This document shows positions 28,405-40,618 of a stretch of DNA of 64,000 nucleotides, piece after piece (within the stretch, counting starts at the first letter, position 1; the number at the start of each line of letters is the position of its first letter). The stretch is from Eledone cirrhosa. Lineage: Eukaryota. The DNA lies in contig OZ024745.1 in NCBI GenBank assembly GCA_964016885.1, forward strand, positions 21,762,001 to 21,826,000. The letters are read 5' to 3'. Under the pieces are notes generated by a model, which saw nothing but the letters and a program-made list of their open reading frames with translations, did not search any database and was not told the DNA's origin. A program made the position numbers and the translations under genes.

Positions 28405-29178
28405 TAATAAAGAATTCATATCTAGTAACATATATATACATACAGATGCATATCAATGCTAGCAAATATATAGGTTTTGTCTTAATAACAGTGTGGTTCA
28501 ATGCATGGGGTTGCAGAACAATAATATAAGAGACGTAAAATAAGAAAATTATAAAATTAACTTACTAAAATATCACTTCCAACTATTTAGTTTCTGGAAT
28601 GGAGTAAATATATTTTCCGAAGAATAATATTGAGAAGCATTCCGTCGTCAGGAAAGTCTATTCTCATGTAAGTTTCCAGGCAAAGCGAGGACACTGGAAA
28701 CTTATTAAAAAATAATTAAGTGGATAGGAAATAGCGAAGCGTGGACTGAATTCCAAGCCATTGAGAAAATCACTGCCTCTACGCCTGTGGCAAATTCAAA
28801 AAGAATCGAACACGTGACATCGAGGTCAATCAGTGGAAAGTGGTTTGCTAATAAGACAGCGGCCTGCCTACAACCGTAGCAGCAGTCATGGCCAATATTG
28901 CTCGACAAATAATTTGGAGATAATAATAAAGAATTCATATCTAGTAACATATATATACATACAGATGCATATCAATGCTAGCAAATATATAGGTTTTGTC
29001 TTAATAACAGTGTGGTTCAATGCATGGGGTTGCAGAACAATAATATAAGAGACGTAAAATTAGAAAATTATAAAATTAACTTACTTACTAAAATATCACT
29101 TCCAACTAATTAGTTTCTGGAATAGAGTAAATATATTTTCCGAAGAATAATATAAAGAGAAGCATTCCGTCGTCAGGA
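28405..29178 (-). mobile_element. Partial tandem (period ~519 bp) with two hammerheads (28575-28657 and 29098-29178)
   Basis: Direct repeats of ~250 bp. Minus strand ACTTTC-CTGACGA-cGGAATG..CATTCCa-GAAAC TAA(A/T)TA GTT^-GGAAGT. Confidence 0.75.
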
Positions 29179-29535
29179 TATATATATATATGTACACAAC
29201 GAAAGCTATGTTTTTCTCTCTTCTCACATGGCCCTCGTTCGTGTAAGGTCTTTTTTCTAAAGCGCTCATATATTCACCTAGCTTATGCTAAACAGAATAA
29301 TTATGAAGCTTGTTTCATTCCCCTACGGTTAGCTATACTCTTTGTTGTTCTCCTGTCTCACTCGCTTTACGCGTTTTAATTGTCCTAATAACTTATTTTA
29401 GTTATTATTGCACCGACGTGAGGTATATGATTTTTAATGCAATGAAATATCTATGATCGTCGGCAAATCACTGATGAGGGACTCATTTTATTACATGTTA
29501 TCCATGCGCTACCTGCAGTATTTTTCTCCATATTT

Positions 29536-29604
<69 letters not shown>

Positions 29605-29669
29605 TATACATATACACTTATTTTAGAATGGAACGATATGAGCAAAAATGTTTGCAGCTAAAGCACGGA

Positions 29670-29835
29670 GATGTGGTATAACTACAAATGAAACATGTCC
29701 TTGAAAGTAACCAAGTAAAAGTATTATGGGACATGAAGATTGAAACAGATTAGCAAACGGAATATTCAAGCCCAGATACTGTTGGACTCAATAAGGAGGA
29801 AACATGTGTTGGTTAATCAATGTGACTTGGCGGTT
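29670..29835 (+). pseudogene. R4/Dong-type restriction-like endonuclease relic
   Basis: KHVLESNQVKVLWDMKIETD*QTEYSSPDTV resembles the motif EN..VKILWDF.IQTD....RRPDIV. Confidence 0.55.
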
Positions 29836-30229
29836 AGAGGGGAGGAGAAAGGAAGTGGGAAAATAGAAGAGTAAACATGTTGGGTTTACATAGAAATGAG
29901 AAAAAGTGATAACATAGAGAGACGAAAGAGAAGATATGAGTTTATAGAAATTATGCTATTACAAGTACACATAGTACAACATCCTTACGGGGTCGATAAA
30001 ATAAAGTACCAGTCACGCACTGGAGTCAATTTCATCGCCCCCCCCCCCCCAAAAAAAAATTGCTGGCCTTGTGCCTAAATAAGAAACCATTATATAAGGC
30101 GTTCAGTCCTCCCACCATTGAAAGGTAAATACTTAAAGCTAATTTAGGAACCCCAGAAATCCACAATGGCTTTAACCCCGAAATGTGAGTAGTCCAACTC
30201 CAACAACCCAAAAAGACTATCGCTGTTCA

Positions 30230-30520
30230 CCCTACAGGCTAAAGCTGAATATAGTCCCATCCACTCTTATCCTTTTCGCTAATTCCTTCCACCTTTTCGC
30301 TAATTTACTGGAGGAGTGCAGCACCCTCTCCACACTCACATTCAGGTTCAAGTGAAACTTGAAAAAATCGATGGGAGCTTGACTGAAGAGGAATGTGACT
30401 TGTCTTCAGGCCTTTCAGTCTTATCCACTACACAACCTATTTCACCATAGCCAACAGATACAGAAAAACTGCTGACCCCTCTCCGTTAAAGGATGGCAGT
30501 GGAGAGGTCTTCACGGTGGA
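30230..30520 (-). mobile_element. Old Tx1 ORF2 3' fragment
   Basis: The minus strand reads roughly AVFLYLLAMVK*VV*WIRLKGLKT..FFKFHL..ERVLHSS, homologous to the ORF2 C-terminus. Confidence 0.7.
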
Positions 30521-30521
30521 C

Positions 30522-30522
<1 letters not shown>

Positions 30523-30552
<30 letters not shown>

Positions 30553-30620
30553 AAGAAGAAGAAGAAGAAGAAGAAGAAGAAGAAGAAGAAGAAGAAGAAG
30601 AAGAAGAAGAAGAAGAAGAA
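30523..30620. repeat. (AAG)n microsatellite
   Basis: Pure trinucleotide tract. Confidence 0.97.
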
Positions 30621-30645
30621 TGTTGAAATATATACGACTCATATG

Positions 30646-30685
<40 letters not shown>

Positions 30686-30697
30686 CGTGCTTGTGTG

Positions 30698-30900
30698 TGT
30701 GGCTGAGTGGTTAGAGAATTGGATTCACAATCGTGAGGTTGTGAGTTCGATTCCTGGACCGGGCGATGCGTTATGTTCTTGAGCAAGACACTTTATTACA
30801 CGTTGCTCCTTCTACCTGGAGTTGCGACTGATAGATAGTACTAGCAACTGGAAAGACCGACCGAAATAATGTTTTCTCGGACCGATTTGACGAAAGTCGA
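30698..30900 (+). mobile_element. tRNA-derived SINE family B (also 11730-11892 -, 17830-18047 -, 15300-15585 +, 38010-38210 +, 45270-45580 +)
   Basis: A box TGGCTGAGTGG, B box GAGTTCGATTCC, core tgttcttgagcaagacacttt. Confidence 0.8.
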
Positions 30901-30906
30901 ACAATC

Positions 30907-30940
<34 letters not shown>

Positions 30941-30948
<8 letters not shown>

Positions 30949-31803
30949 CAGCGAGAATCGTATTTCAGCTCAGGAATTAACGAAAATCAACGTCCGATAT
31001 GTGTGGCAAGCTCTCGATGATTCATGTGAATCAGAGCTACAACATACGTTAAGGGCCAAACACACTGAGATGATGGTTAAACAGATCATCCGCACAGCCA
31101 AAACAAACGACCAAGTAATTCGGGTCAAATAATAAAAATATGTGTTGATAATTTACCCGGACCCTGGACTGTTGGTAAAATCCAGTATTTGATTTCTGCG
31201 ACTCCAAAATCAGGTACTGTCCGCCTGCATAAAGAATGTTGGGCTTCTGGTAAGATGATTGAACAAAGAAGCCGTGTTATCAACGGGTTTTTGCTCCAAA
31301 ATGCTATACATAAGTGTGGCTATTATTGACCCCACGTGGAGGTCAGCAAGGGAGGCAACACTTATATTAGGCGAATGATTCAGTTGTGTATAATATTGCG
31401 AGAATGCAAAATATCACAAATCGAATAAAGCTCTCGACAGAATGGTTAAATATAACAGAGCTATTCAACAGTCAATAGAAGCAACTAAAAAAATCAATAA
31501 AATTAACTTCTCAATAGCTAGACTCTGGAGATTAATACAAATATAAATCAGCGAGAATCGTATTTCAGCTCAGGAATTAACGAAAATCAACTTCCGAGAT
31601 ATGTGGCAAGCGCTCGATGATTCATGTGAATCAGAGCTACAACATACGTTAAGGGCCCAACACACTGAGATGATGGTTAAACAGATCATCCGCAAAGCCA
31701 AAACAAACGACCAAGTAATTCGGGTCAAACAATAAAAATATATGTGTTGATGATTTACCCGGACCCTGGACTGTTGGTAAAATCCAGTATTTGGTTTCTG
31801 CGA

Positions 31804-31805
<2 letters not shown>
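30941..31805. mobile_element. Partial tandem element (period 600 bp, ~263-bp direct repeats) in (TA)n
   Basis: 30941-31203 is repeated at 31541-31805. Confidence 0.75.
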
Positions 31806-31851
<46 letters not shown>

Positions 31852-32061
31852 GGGAATGGATGAAGAACCCAAGAGCACACACTTCGTCCGTTCCCATGTC
31901 GATTCAATTTGGATTGCCTCGGAAACATAACCTTATGTAACAAGCAGTCAGACGATGTCGCGACACTCGCGCACGGTACAGTGTGGCCGCTGTCACCATG
32001 GAAATATATATCACAGCATAATTATAAAGACTTAAACATCTGAAACTACTTCGCTTTTCCT

Positions 32062-32096
<35 letters not shown>

Positions 32097-32099
<3 letters not shown>

Positions 32100-32265
32100 G
32101 GCTTCTACAGGACCAGAACTGTTTCATTCGGGAGAAATCGTCCCGATTGAAACAGTTCTAGTCCTGTAGAAGCCATATCTATACTAAATATTTATACTCT
32201 GCAATGTATTGAGTACCTTACTTATTCTGGTTACCTCCGATTAAACCTGGGATAAACTTATATAT
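32097..32265 (+). mobile_element. Small fold-back of a family with gaaacagttct(a/g)gtcctgtagaa (also ~2200, ~2590, ~10270)
   Basis: Inverted arms 32097-32177. The copy at 10275 shows CTGATGA-tttc taaa gaat-GAAAC..GTC, but stem I is unresolved. Confidence 0.55.
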
Positions 32266-32579
32266 ATGTAAACCCAGGAAAATCAACAGAGACGTCAAGG
32301 CAATGAACGAAAACAAGGGAGAACGAAAATCAATTTTTTTTTAGGGTTACCTTAATTTTATTTTTTTAAATAAAAATACAAACGGATGACACGTAACTCC
32401 AAGGTCAGGGGTCTTGACATGGCCGTTGGCAATTTCGACCCCTACCAACGGTACTGCTATTACAACCTGGGTCACAGCCTCTGACACAAGCCAAACGCTG
32501 TCCAGTGGAGTAAGTAACGAAAGACAAAATATTAATTTATAGCAATTAAGCTATTACAAGTACACTTAGAATTTATGTG

Positions 32580-32661
<82 letters not shown>

Positions 32662-32662
32662 G

Positions 32663-32697
<35 letters not shown>

Positions 32698-32700
<3 letters not shown>

Positions 32701-33311
32701 GCTGCCAACTCGTTTTCGAGTACGGCCACTACTTTATATCCATGTAGGAGAACCCTACCGATGCGCTGAACGAGTGTGACGGTTTAGTCCAGCCAGCGAC
32801 TTGAAAACTCTGGTACAAACACTACACTTGTGACAATTATTGACACATAGTGCTGGGCCCATGGTACCATGTAACGACAAGTGCAGAGACATCTCCAGAT
32901 ATAAAGCAATGACTGTGCCGTGAAGCTTTTATAGTGAGAAAAGGCACTGCACAAAGCCAGTCCCACTCTCTTAACCAAGATGATATTTACCAAAAAGAAT
33001 AACAAGTCAACATCATTGGATACCATCAGGGTTGCAGGTGTTATATCAGAGTTTTCCTTCTCTTAGAATTCTGCCTTGACAAAGGCTAAGGGGTCATCTC
33101 TCCCGGTGATTTTGGATGGCCATTGACTCTTAAGAGCTCCTTTGCCCTTTGACCTTTGACAGGTTTTGTTTTTAGTCCTGCAGGATGTTCAAAGCCACCC
33201 TCCTCACCAAGAAACCTTGGTGGGATTGCCATTTTAGTCGCCAACGACCTGACTATGAGACAGGTTGTACTGGGATACATGTTACCAGTAGCACCAACTG
33301 GTGACCTGACC
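32698..33311 (-). mobile_element. Second full-length copy of the RTE-derived element
   Basis: Reverse complement of 48215-48823 with the same ends. Confidence 0.8.
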
Positions 33312-33395
<84 letters not shown>

Positions 33396-33586
33396 GGAAA
33401 AAGTATGACCCGACGGCAGAGCTCAAGACGTTTCGACGGCTAATTCTGGAGTCCAGAATTAGCCGTCGAAACCGCTTGAGCTCTGCCGTCGGGGACATAC
33501 TTGTTCCTATTACCCACTCTACTACCCTAAGTATTGAGTACTTTGGTGCGTTATGCTCCATCTGGTTCCTTACCACATTGCCCTCG

Positions 33587-33634
<48 letters not shown>

Positions 33635-33705
33635 ATACTTTGGGAGGGTCATGTTGCCAATAAGAAACACACGCACCAGTTGCTTTCACTTCAATTTATT
33701 ATATA

Positions 33706-34673
33706 CTAGCAGTAAAGCCCGGCGTTGCTCGGGGTCGCTCAGTAGCTGTGTTAAATTTAAAATGTTAAGTTTCTTTTTTGGCTTAAAAACTGTAGTGTCT
33801 ACTGTGTAGACTTGCATGTGGTGTTTTTGATTAATATTCCCTCAACCAACAATATGCCTTATGAAGTTAAGAAAACATAACGATAACCCGAATGTTATAA
33901 CAAAAGAGGATGCTGGGGATAAAAACTGCACTGGTTATTTATTAACAAAGATCGAAAATGTAAACACTGCAACGCAGAGAAAAACATTAGCGTAACCAAA
34001 TTATCAGTTATGTCTGTCTGCACGCCTATATCACCTCTCTGCACGACTGTCTGTCTTCACGCCTATATCACCTCTCTGCACGACTGTCTGTCTGCACGCC
34101 TATATCACCTCTCTGCACGACTGTCTGTCTGCACGCCTATATCACCTCTCTGCACGACTATCTGTCTGCACGCGTATATCACCTCTCTGCACGACTGTCT
34201 GTCTGCACGCCTAACGACGAAATATTTGTTTGTTTTACGTAGTCTTTAAATAGACTTGTTTTCAAGTAAAAATATTGTTTTAAAATGCTTTTAAATGGAA
34301 ATGAAACAAAACGGAAGCTTAGTGTTCGAACTGATGAATTTTGCAGGTCAATATTTTGCTGGCTCGACAACTGTTCGTGTATTGTGTTAATGTCATTTTA
34401 AACGCTGAGAAAGCCAGCGTAATTTTTTACGTAAGACGCTCAATGTAAACAGAACAAAGGGAAATAACTGATAACTTACGCTCAAAAATCGATACATTAT
34501 ATTCGATTTCGTCACATAGGGTGGGTCAATTTGAAATATTTTTTTCCGATGTCTTCGCTAGGGCTCAATGTACAAGTATAGCAATTTCGGTGCAATTCCG
34601 TCAGAGATTCTAAGAGGAGATGTGTGCCAAAAATCGATAGACAGACAGACAACCTCAGTTTTATATATATAGA
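33706..34673 (-). mobile_element. Non-autonomous Helitron
   Basis: On the minus strand it starts A^TCTATATATATAAAA and ends with hairpin CCCGAGCAACGCCGGG then CTAG^T. No TSD. The empty site is preserved in the opposite arm (~36650-36700). Confidence 0.88.
34011..34211. repeat. 37-bp minisatellite inside the Helitron, about 5.4 copies
   Basis: Unit tgtctgtctgcacgcctatatcacctctctgcacgac. Confidence 0.92.
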
Positions 34674-35102
34674 TTTATAAATTTATAAATTTACAAATTT
34701 ACAAACTTATAAATTTCTGGTTGGTTGGTTGGTTCCACAACCAGATAGTTGTTTATATATAGTCATAGTCCTTTCGTCACACACTCTGTGACCTCTTCAG
34801 TGACTGGGGATTCCTTTCTTTGTTTCTGTGCCTTTCCTTTCTTCTATCCTACGCCATTTTGTTTCTGTGTGTGTTGTGTGCTCAGTTTGCGCATGCGCCA
34901 CATCCGGGTGTCTGTGTGTGTTTGTGTTCATTTATCTATTTGTTTATTTATTTATTTATTTATTGTTGGTTGGTTGTTTGTTCTATGTGTGTGTGTGTGT
35001 TTTCATTTTGTCCTGTGTGTGTTTTCATTTTGTCCTTAATTGTAAGTTGTTTGTTCTATGTGTGTGTTTTCATTTTGTCCTGTGTGTGTTTTCATTTTGT
35101 CC

Positions 35103-35700
35103 TTAATTGTAAGTTGTGATGTTGCTGTTCCACTCATATTTTCTATTTAATTTTGGTTGTAGTACTTTTATGCTTACTGCCTCTGTAATTTGCCTAAACA
35201 TTGCATCTTTTCTGCGTGTGGATTCTATTTTTATTTCTATGTTCTCTAATCTACCCCTGTGTTCTATCTTAGCATGTTGGTAGAGCACAGATGATTCTTT
35301 ATTATCTTGGAGGTCTCGCCAGTGTTCATTTATTCGTTCCCTTCTACTACGAGCTGTCTCACCTATGTACACTATATTTTTGTTTCTACATTGTCCTTCA
35401 GTACATCTTATGCTATACACTACATTTCTAGTTTTACAGTTAATATGGGGGCTTATTTTACAGGTTATACATTTCTTATCTATACATGAGGGTCTTTGGA
35501 ACCGGTATGTCTTGCTAAGAAGTGTTTTTACGGAGGTACCTGGTCTTTCTACTATCTTAATATTGAGTTTATGTTTATTTAGGGCCCTTCTAAATTTGTA
35601 GGCTAGTTCGCCTCTAGGGGTTGTATTGATGAACATTACACTCTGGTATTTATTGCTATCATACCATGAGTTTATTCTATTGGCCTTGTTCCTAGTTCTT
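35103..35700 (-). pseudogene. Penelope-like GIY-YIG endonuclease C-terminus (left arm)
   Basis: Cys linker CIDKKCITC..NCKTRNVVYSIRC..C..VYIGETAR..ERINEH..H..H..EAVSI..PKLN. No RT upstream. Confidence 0.88.
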
Positions 35701-35714
35701 TCTATTCTAGAAAG

Positions 35715-36337
35715 AAAGAACTAGGAACAAGGCCAATAGAATAAACTCATGGAATAAACTCATGAATAAACTCATGGTATGATAGCAATAAATACCAGAG
35801 TGTAATGTTCGTCAATACAACCCCTAGAGGCGAACTAGCCTACAAATTTAGAAGGGCCCTAAATAAACATAAACTCAATATTAAGATAGTAGAAAAACCA
35901 GGTACCTCCATAAAAACACTTCTTAGCAAGACATACCCGTTCCAAAGACCCTCATGTATAGATAAGAAATGTATAACCTGTAAAATAAGCCCACATATTA
36001 ACTGTAAAACTAGAAATGTAGTGTATAGCATAAGATGTACTGAAGGACAATGTAGAAACAAAAATATAGTGTACATAGGTGAGATAGCTCGTAGTATAGG
36101 GGAACGAATAAATGAACACTGGCGAGACCTCCAAGATAATAAAGAATCATCTGTGCTCTACCAACATGCTAAGATAGAACACAGGTGTAGATTAGAGAAC
36201 ATAGAAATATAAATAGAATCCACACACAGAAAAGATGCAATGTTTAGGCAAATTACTGAGGCAGTAAGCATAAAAGAACTACAACCAAAATTAAATAGAA
36301 AATATGAGTGGAACAGCAACATCACAACTTACAATTA
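35715..36337 (+). pseudogene. Penelope-like GIY-YIG endonuclease C-terminus (right arm)
   Basis: Same peptide as the left arm, with a premature TAA at 36210. Confidence 0.88.
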
Positions 36338-36542
36338 AGGACAAAATGAAAACACACACACACATAGAACAAACAACCAACCAACAATAAATAAATAAAT
36401 AAACAAATAGATAAATGAACACAAACACACACAGACACCCGGATGTGGCGCATGCGCAAACTGAGCACACAACACACACACAGAAACAAAATGGCATAGG
36501 ATAGAAGAAAGGAAAGGCACAGAAACAAAGAAAGGAATCCCC

Positions 36543-36587
36543 AGTCACTGAAGAGGTCACAGAGTGTGTGACGAAAGGACTATGACT
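36543..36587 (+). ncRNA. Minimal type I hammerhead ribozyme in the Penelope 3' region (mirror copy at 34761-34805, minus)
   Basis: AGTCA-CTGAAGA-g-GTCACA gagtg TGTGAC-GAAA-G ga C-TA^-TGACT. Confidence 0.8.
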
Positions 36588-36814
36588 ATATATAAACAAC
36601 TATCTGGTTGTGGAACCAACCAACCAACCAGAAATTTATAAGTTTGTAAATTTGTAAATTTATAAATTTATAAATATATAATAAATTGAAGTGAAAGCAA
36701 CTGGTGCGTGTGTTTCTTATTGGCAACATGACCCCCCCCCCCCCCAAAGTATAACAATATCGGTTTCAACACACGATTTCAGATAAAGAATCTTGCTAAA
36801 TAAATTCAGAAACG

Positions 36815-36886
<72 letters not shown>

Positions 36887-37177
36887 TAATGTTAGTATAT
36901 ATATATATATTAATGTTAGGCATTGTTTTATCTACCATGAAATTAATTGTTCTTACTCTTAGTCAATGTAGTAAATGTCATTTATATTCTTTTATTTAGA
37001 TTTGATAATATTTTTCGCTAATTTTGTTTTGGTAATCATTATAAATATATTTATTAAGTTGTTACAATAATCATTCTTAACGATCGTGTGTTTCGCATTA
37101 CTAATGTCAATATTTAGAAAAAGTATTTTTGATATTATATTTTATAGAATCGTATTCAATAAAAATTCAATAAACAT

Positions 37178-37338
37178 AGTAATTGTTTCTACTTTTGGCA
37201 CAATGCCAGCAATTATTTCAGTGTATTACTGGTACTTTATTTTATCGACCCCGTAAGAATGAAAGGCAAAGTTAACCTCGGGGAGATTTCAAACTCAGAT
37301 CATAAAGGGCTGTAACTGTTTGCTGCAAAGCATTGGGG
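37178..37338 (-). mobile_element. SINE family A, head truncated
   Basis: Core and tail are present, and it abuts the Tx1 3' fragment. Confidence 0.8.
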
Positions 37339-37339
37339 T

Positions 37340-37992
37340 CTGTCATGTAGGGTACAATACAAAGACAGGGACAGTGGGGGATTTACAATACGGTCGAGTA
37401 AAAGTGCACAATGGCAAAACTAATTTAACAATAATGATATAAAAAATATAAAATAAACTATGTATAGATATAACAAAATAAATTCCCCTATAGGGGTGTG
37501 GACGACTCTAGGGTGACTCAGGTACCCCACCAATCCTGAACCACCCTGCGCTTCTAGGGCACCCGGGGAGAGCACCCCTCTCCTCCTCAAATTAGCTCGC
37601 CTATAGGCGCATGGTTAGAGTAGGCCCATTGACACGAGCCATTGTCGCCACATTCATCCACCTTTTAGCAAATGTACTGGGGTGCAGCACTTCTCTCTCC
37701 ACTCTCACCTTCCTTTCCAGGTGAAACACGAAGAAGTTGATGAGGGATTGGCCGAAGAGAAAAGTGTTTGTCTTTAATCTTTTCAATCTGGTCCACCATA
37801 TAACCTCCATCGCAACTGCCACCAGACAGGAACATTGCCTGCTCTTCCAGGCCAAAGGAAAGCGGCGGAGTCGATCTTCACTATGGACTCGGCCGATAGC
37901 CGGATCCGTTCTACACGCGACAATAGCTGTTCGACATAACTCCACAAGTCAGTAATGCACGGACTTTGGACAAGTGCGTGCAGAACGGTTTC
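37340..37992 (-). mobile_element. Tx1 3' fragment (end of ORF2 plus 3' UTR)
   Basis: [22 protein letters not shown] and [38 protein letters not shown] match the end of ORF2. Confidence 0.88.
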
Positions 37993-38805
37993 AATAATAA
38001 TAGTCTTGTTTGTGGTTAGAGAATTGGATTCACAATGGTGAGGGTGAGAGTTCGATTCCCGGACCGGGTGAGGAGTTATGTCTTTGGGCAAGATGGTTTA
38101 TTTCACGTTGTTCTTTCTGTTAGTATTTTTGACCGGAAGATAATATCATCAATTGGAAATACCAATGATAGCATTGTTTTCTTGGTCTGATTTGACAAGT
38201 TCCACATCCCTCGGTAAAGGAATGACGTCTGAGATTTTGCCGTTCGTTCCATATACTTCCATCTATGGTTTGTTTCCTATATATATTTCCTATATAAGGA
38301 AGTTAGTAGAAGTGGCCAAAGCAGATTTTGCAATATTTAACTTCATCGCGGTTGAGGTTGGATTGGCGCAATTGGTAGAGCGCCATATAAAATGACATTT
38401 CGTTATTTGCTCTGGCTTTTTACACATTTAGTTCAAATTCTGCCAAGACCAAGTTTACTTTTCATCATTTTGGGGTCGATAAAATACATTAGCAGTAAAG
38501 GACTGAGGTTGATTTAATCAGTTTTGGCTTTTCCCAAAATTTGATAACCTTGCATCCATATCAGAAATCAATAATTAGATTCGTTCTTCAAAAATTCTAG
38601 GTAGAAATTTCTTTCCTTTATGCAGATGCCCAACCCAATTATTTGCAACTTAGAACTTTGTATATAGTTTAAGAAAATACAACAAAATAAATAAAATAGA
38701 ATATAACAAACAGAACAGCATAAATTTTTTTTTTAAATTACCAAATTCTTAAAGAATTTCTTTCTAATTTCTCTGACCTATCTAAATTTTTGTTTTATAT
38801 TTCAG

Positions 38806-38875
<70 letters not shown>

Positions 38876-38878
<3 letters not shown>

Positions 38879-39561
38879 TATGTATACGTACATACATATA
38901 TGTGTACAGACGTACAGTAGTATGCATATATATACATACATGCACACATATATATATATATATACGTATGGGTTTACCGAACATTTATCATAATGTTCGG
39001 TTTGTTTGTAAACAAACAGCCCGAATTACTCCGTACAGTGTTCGGCAACCATCGTCGTCTTTTTGTTCAACACTGACACAGGAACGATGTACTAGTTTCA
39101 AGCTTATTAGCTATCGTCAGCATCGTATACCTTCTTGTCAGATGATTGAACGTTTGAAAGTATATACTTTCCTTATGCATAATAACGGCTGAGTAGCCTA
39201 ATTTGTATATCGAGAGAGTTAGTCGGCCGGGCGTACCGAAAACGATAAATAGAAAAGAATGAAACGAAATTTCATTTCTCACTCTTAGTACGGCTGATAC
39301 CTAAAAATAAGTATGTATACGTACATACATATATGTGTACAGACGTACAGTAGTATGTATATATATACATACATGCACACATATATATATATATGTACGT
39401 ATGGGTTTACCGAACATTTATTATAATGTTCGGTTTGTTTGTAAACAAACAGCCCGAATTACGCCGTACAGTGTTCGGCAACCATCGTCGCCTTATATAA
39501 CTTATATTTAGGTATCAGCCGTACTAAGAGTGAGAAATGAAATTTCGTTTCATTCTTTTCC

Positions 39562-39562
<1 letters not shown>
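38876..39562. repeat. Rearranged element with direct and inverted duplications (family also at 27250-27487)
   Basis: 38876-39058 is repeated at ~39308-39490, and ~39255-39310 is inverted at ~39500-39560. Contains the 39084 HHR. Confidence 0.7.
39084..39126 (-). ncRNA. Very compact hammerhead (homolog at ~27371-27412, minus)
   Basis: ACGATG-CTGACGA-tAGCT aata AGCTt-GAAAC TA GTA^-CATCGT. The homolog has CTGATGA and GTT^. Confidence 0.78.
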
Positions 39563-39598
<36 letters not shown>

Positions 39599-39720
39599 AA
39601 AAGAGTTAAGACCCAGACGGCAGAGCTCAATCCCTTTCGACGGCTATTTCTGGACTGAAATAGCCGTCCAGAAATAGTCGTCGAAACGGCTTGAGCTCTG
39701 CCGTCGGGGTCAATCTTTTT

Positions 39721-39776
<56 letters not shown>

Positions 39777-40124
39777 GAGAAGAAAGAAGAATACTGCGTG
39801 GTTGCACATGGGTTACATATGATAAAAATAGTCCTTCGTCAGTGATTTTCTAACCATCATTGGTATTCCATCGCATTAAAAATCAGATACCTCAGGTTGG
39901 TGCGAGCAATAACTAAAAAAAGTTATTGGGACAAGTAATTCTCGTAAAGCGAGGGGGACAAGTAAACAACATAGAAGGATAAAAGCAAACCGAAGATAGG
40001 AAAATAAACAAGCAACATAGTTGTCCGGTCAGTGTAAACTGGGTGGATTTCATGAGCGAGAGGGGTACTGACCGTGTTGATGTGTGTGAGATGTAAGCAA
40101 GAAGAGACCCACTATAAGCCAAAC

Positions 40125-40166
<42 letters not shown>

Positions 40167-40297
40167 TATATACGTGTGTAAGTATGTATGTGTAAACCAG
40201 AGGCAAATATTCTCAGCTGTTATAAACATATAAACAAACAACAATGAAATCTTGACACTGAGACGAATGAGAAAAGGAAAGATATATATTGTAACAA

Positions 40298-40298
40298 T

Positions 40299-40330
<32 letters not shown>

Positions 40331-40553
40331 TTACTACTTTTACTATTACTGTTACTACTACTATTACTACTACTACTACTACTACTACTGTTACTACTAC
40401 TGTTACTACTATTACTACTACTACTACTACAACTACTACTATTACTACTACTACTACTACTACTACTATTATTATGTACTACTACTACTGTTACTACTAC
40501 TGTTACTACTACTACTACTACTGCTGCTACTACTACTACTGCTGCTGCTGCTG

Positions 40554-40603
<50 letters not shown>

Positions 40604-40618
40604 GCTGCTACTACTACA
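40298..40618. repeat. (TAC)n/(TGC)n compound microsatellite
   Basis: Read directly. Confidence 0.95.

Larger units (their letters stand above)
33628..36820. mobile_element. Penelope-like element (Neptune-like): head-to-head inverted pair of 5'-truncated copies
   Basis: The arms are reverse complements around ~35708. Each has a GIY-YIG C-terminus and a 3' region with a hammerhead. Both ends lie in (TA)n. Confidence 0.88.

Noticed and set aside
34011-34211. 37-bp repeats resembling a CRISPR array
   Set aside because: Head-to-tail units with no spacers, inside a Helitron in eukaryotic DNA.
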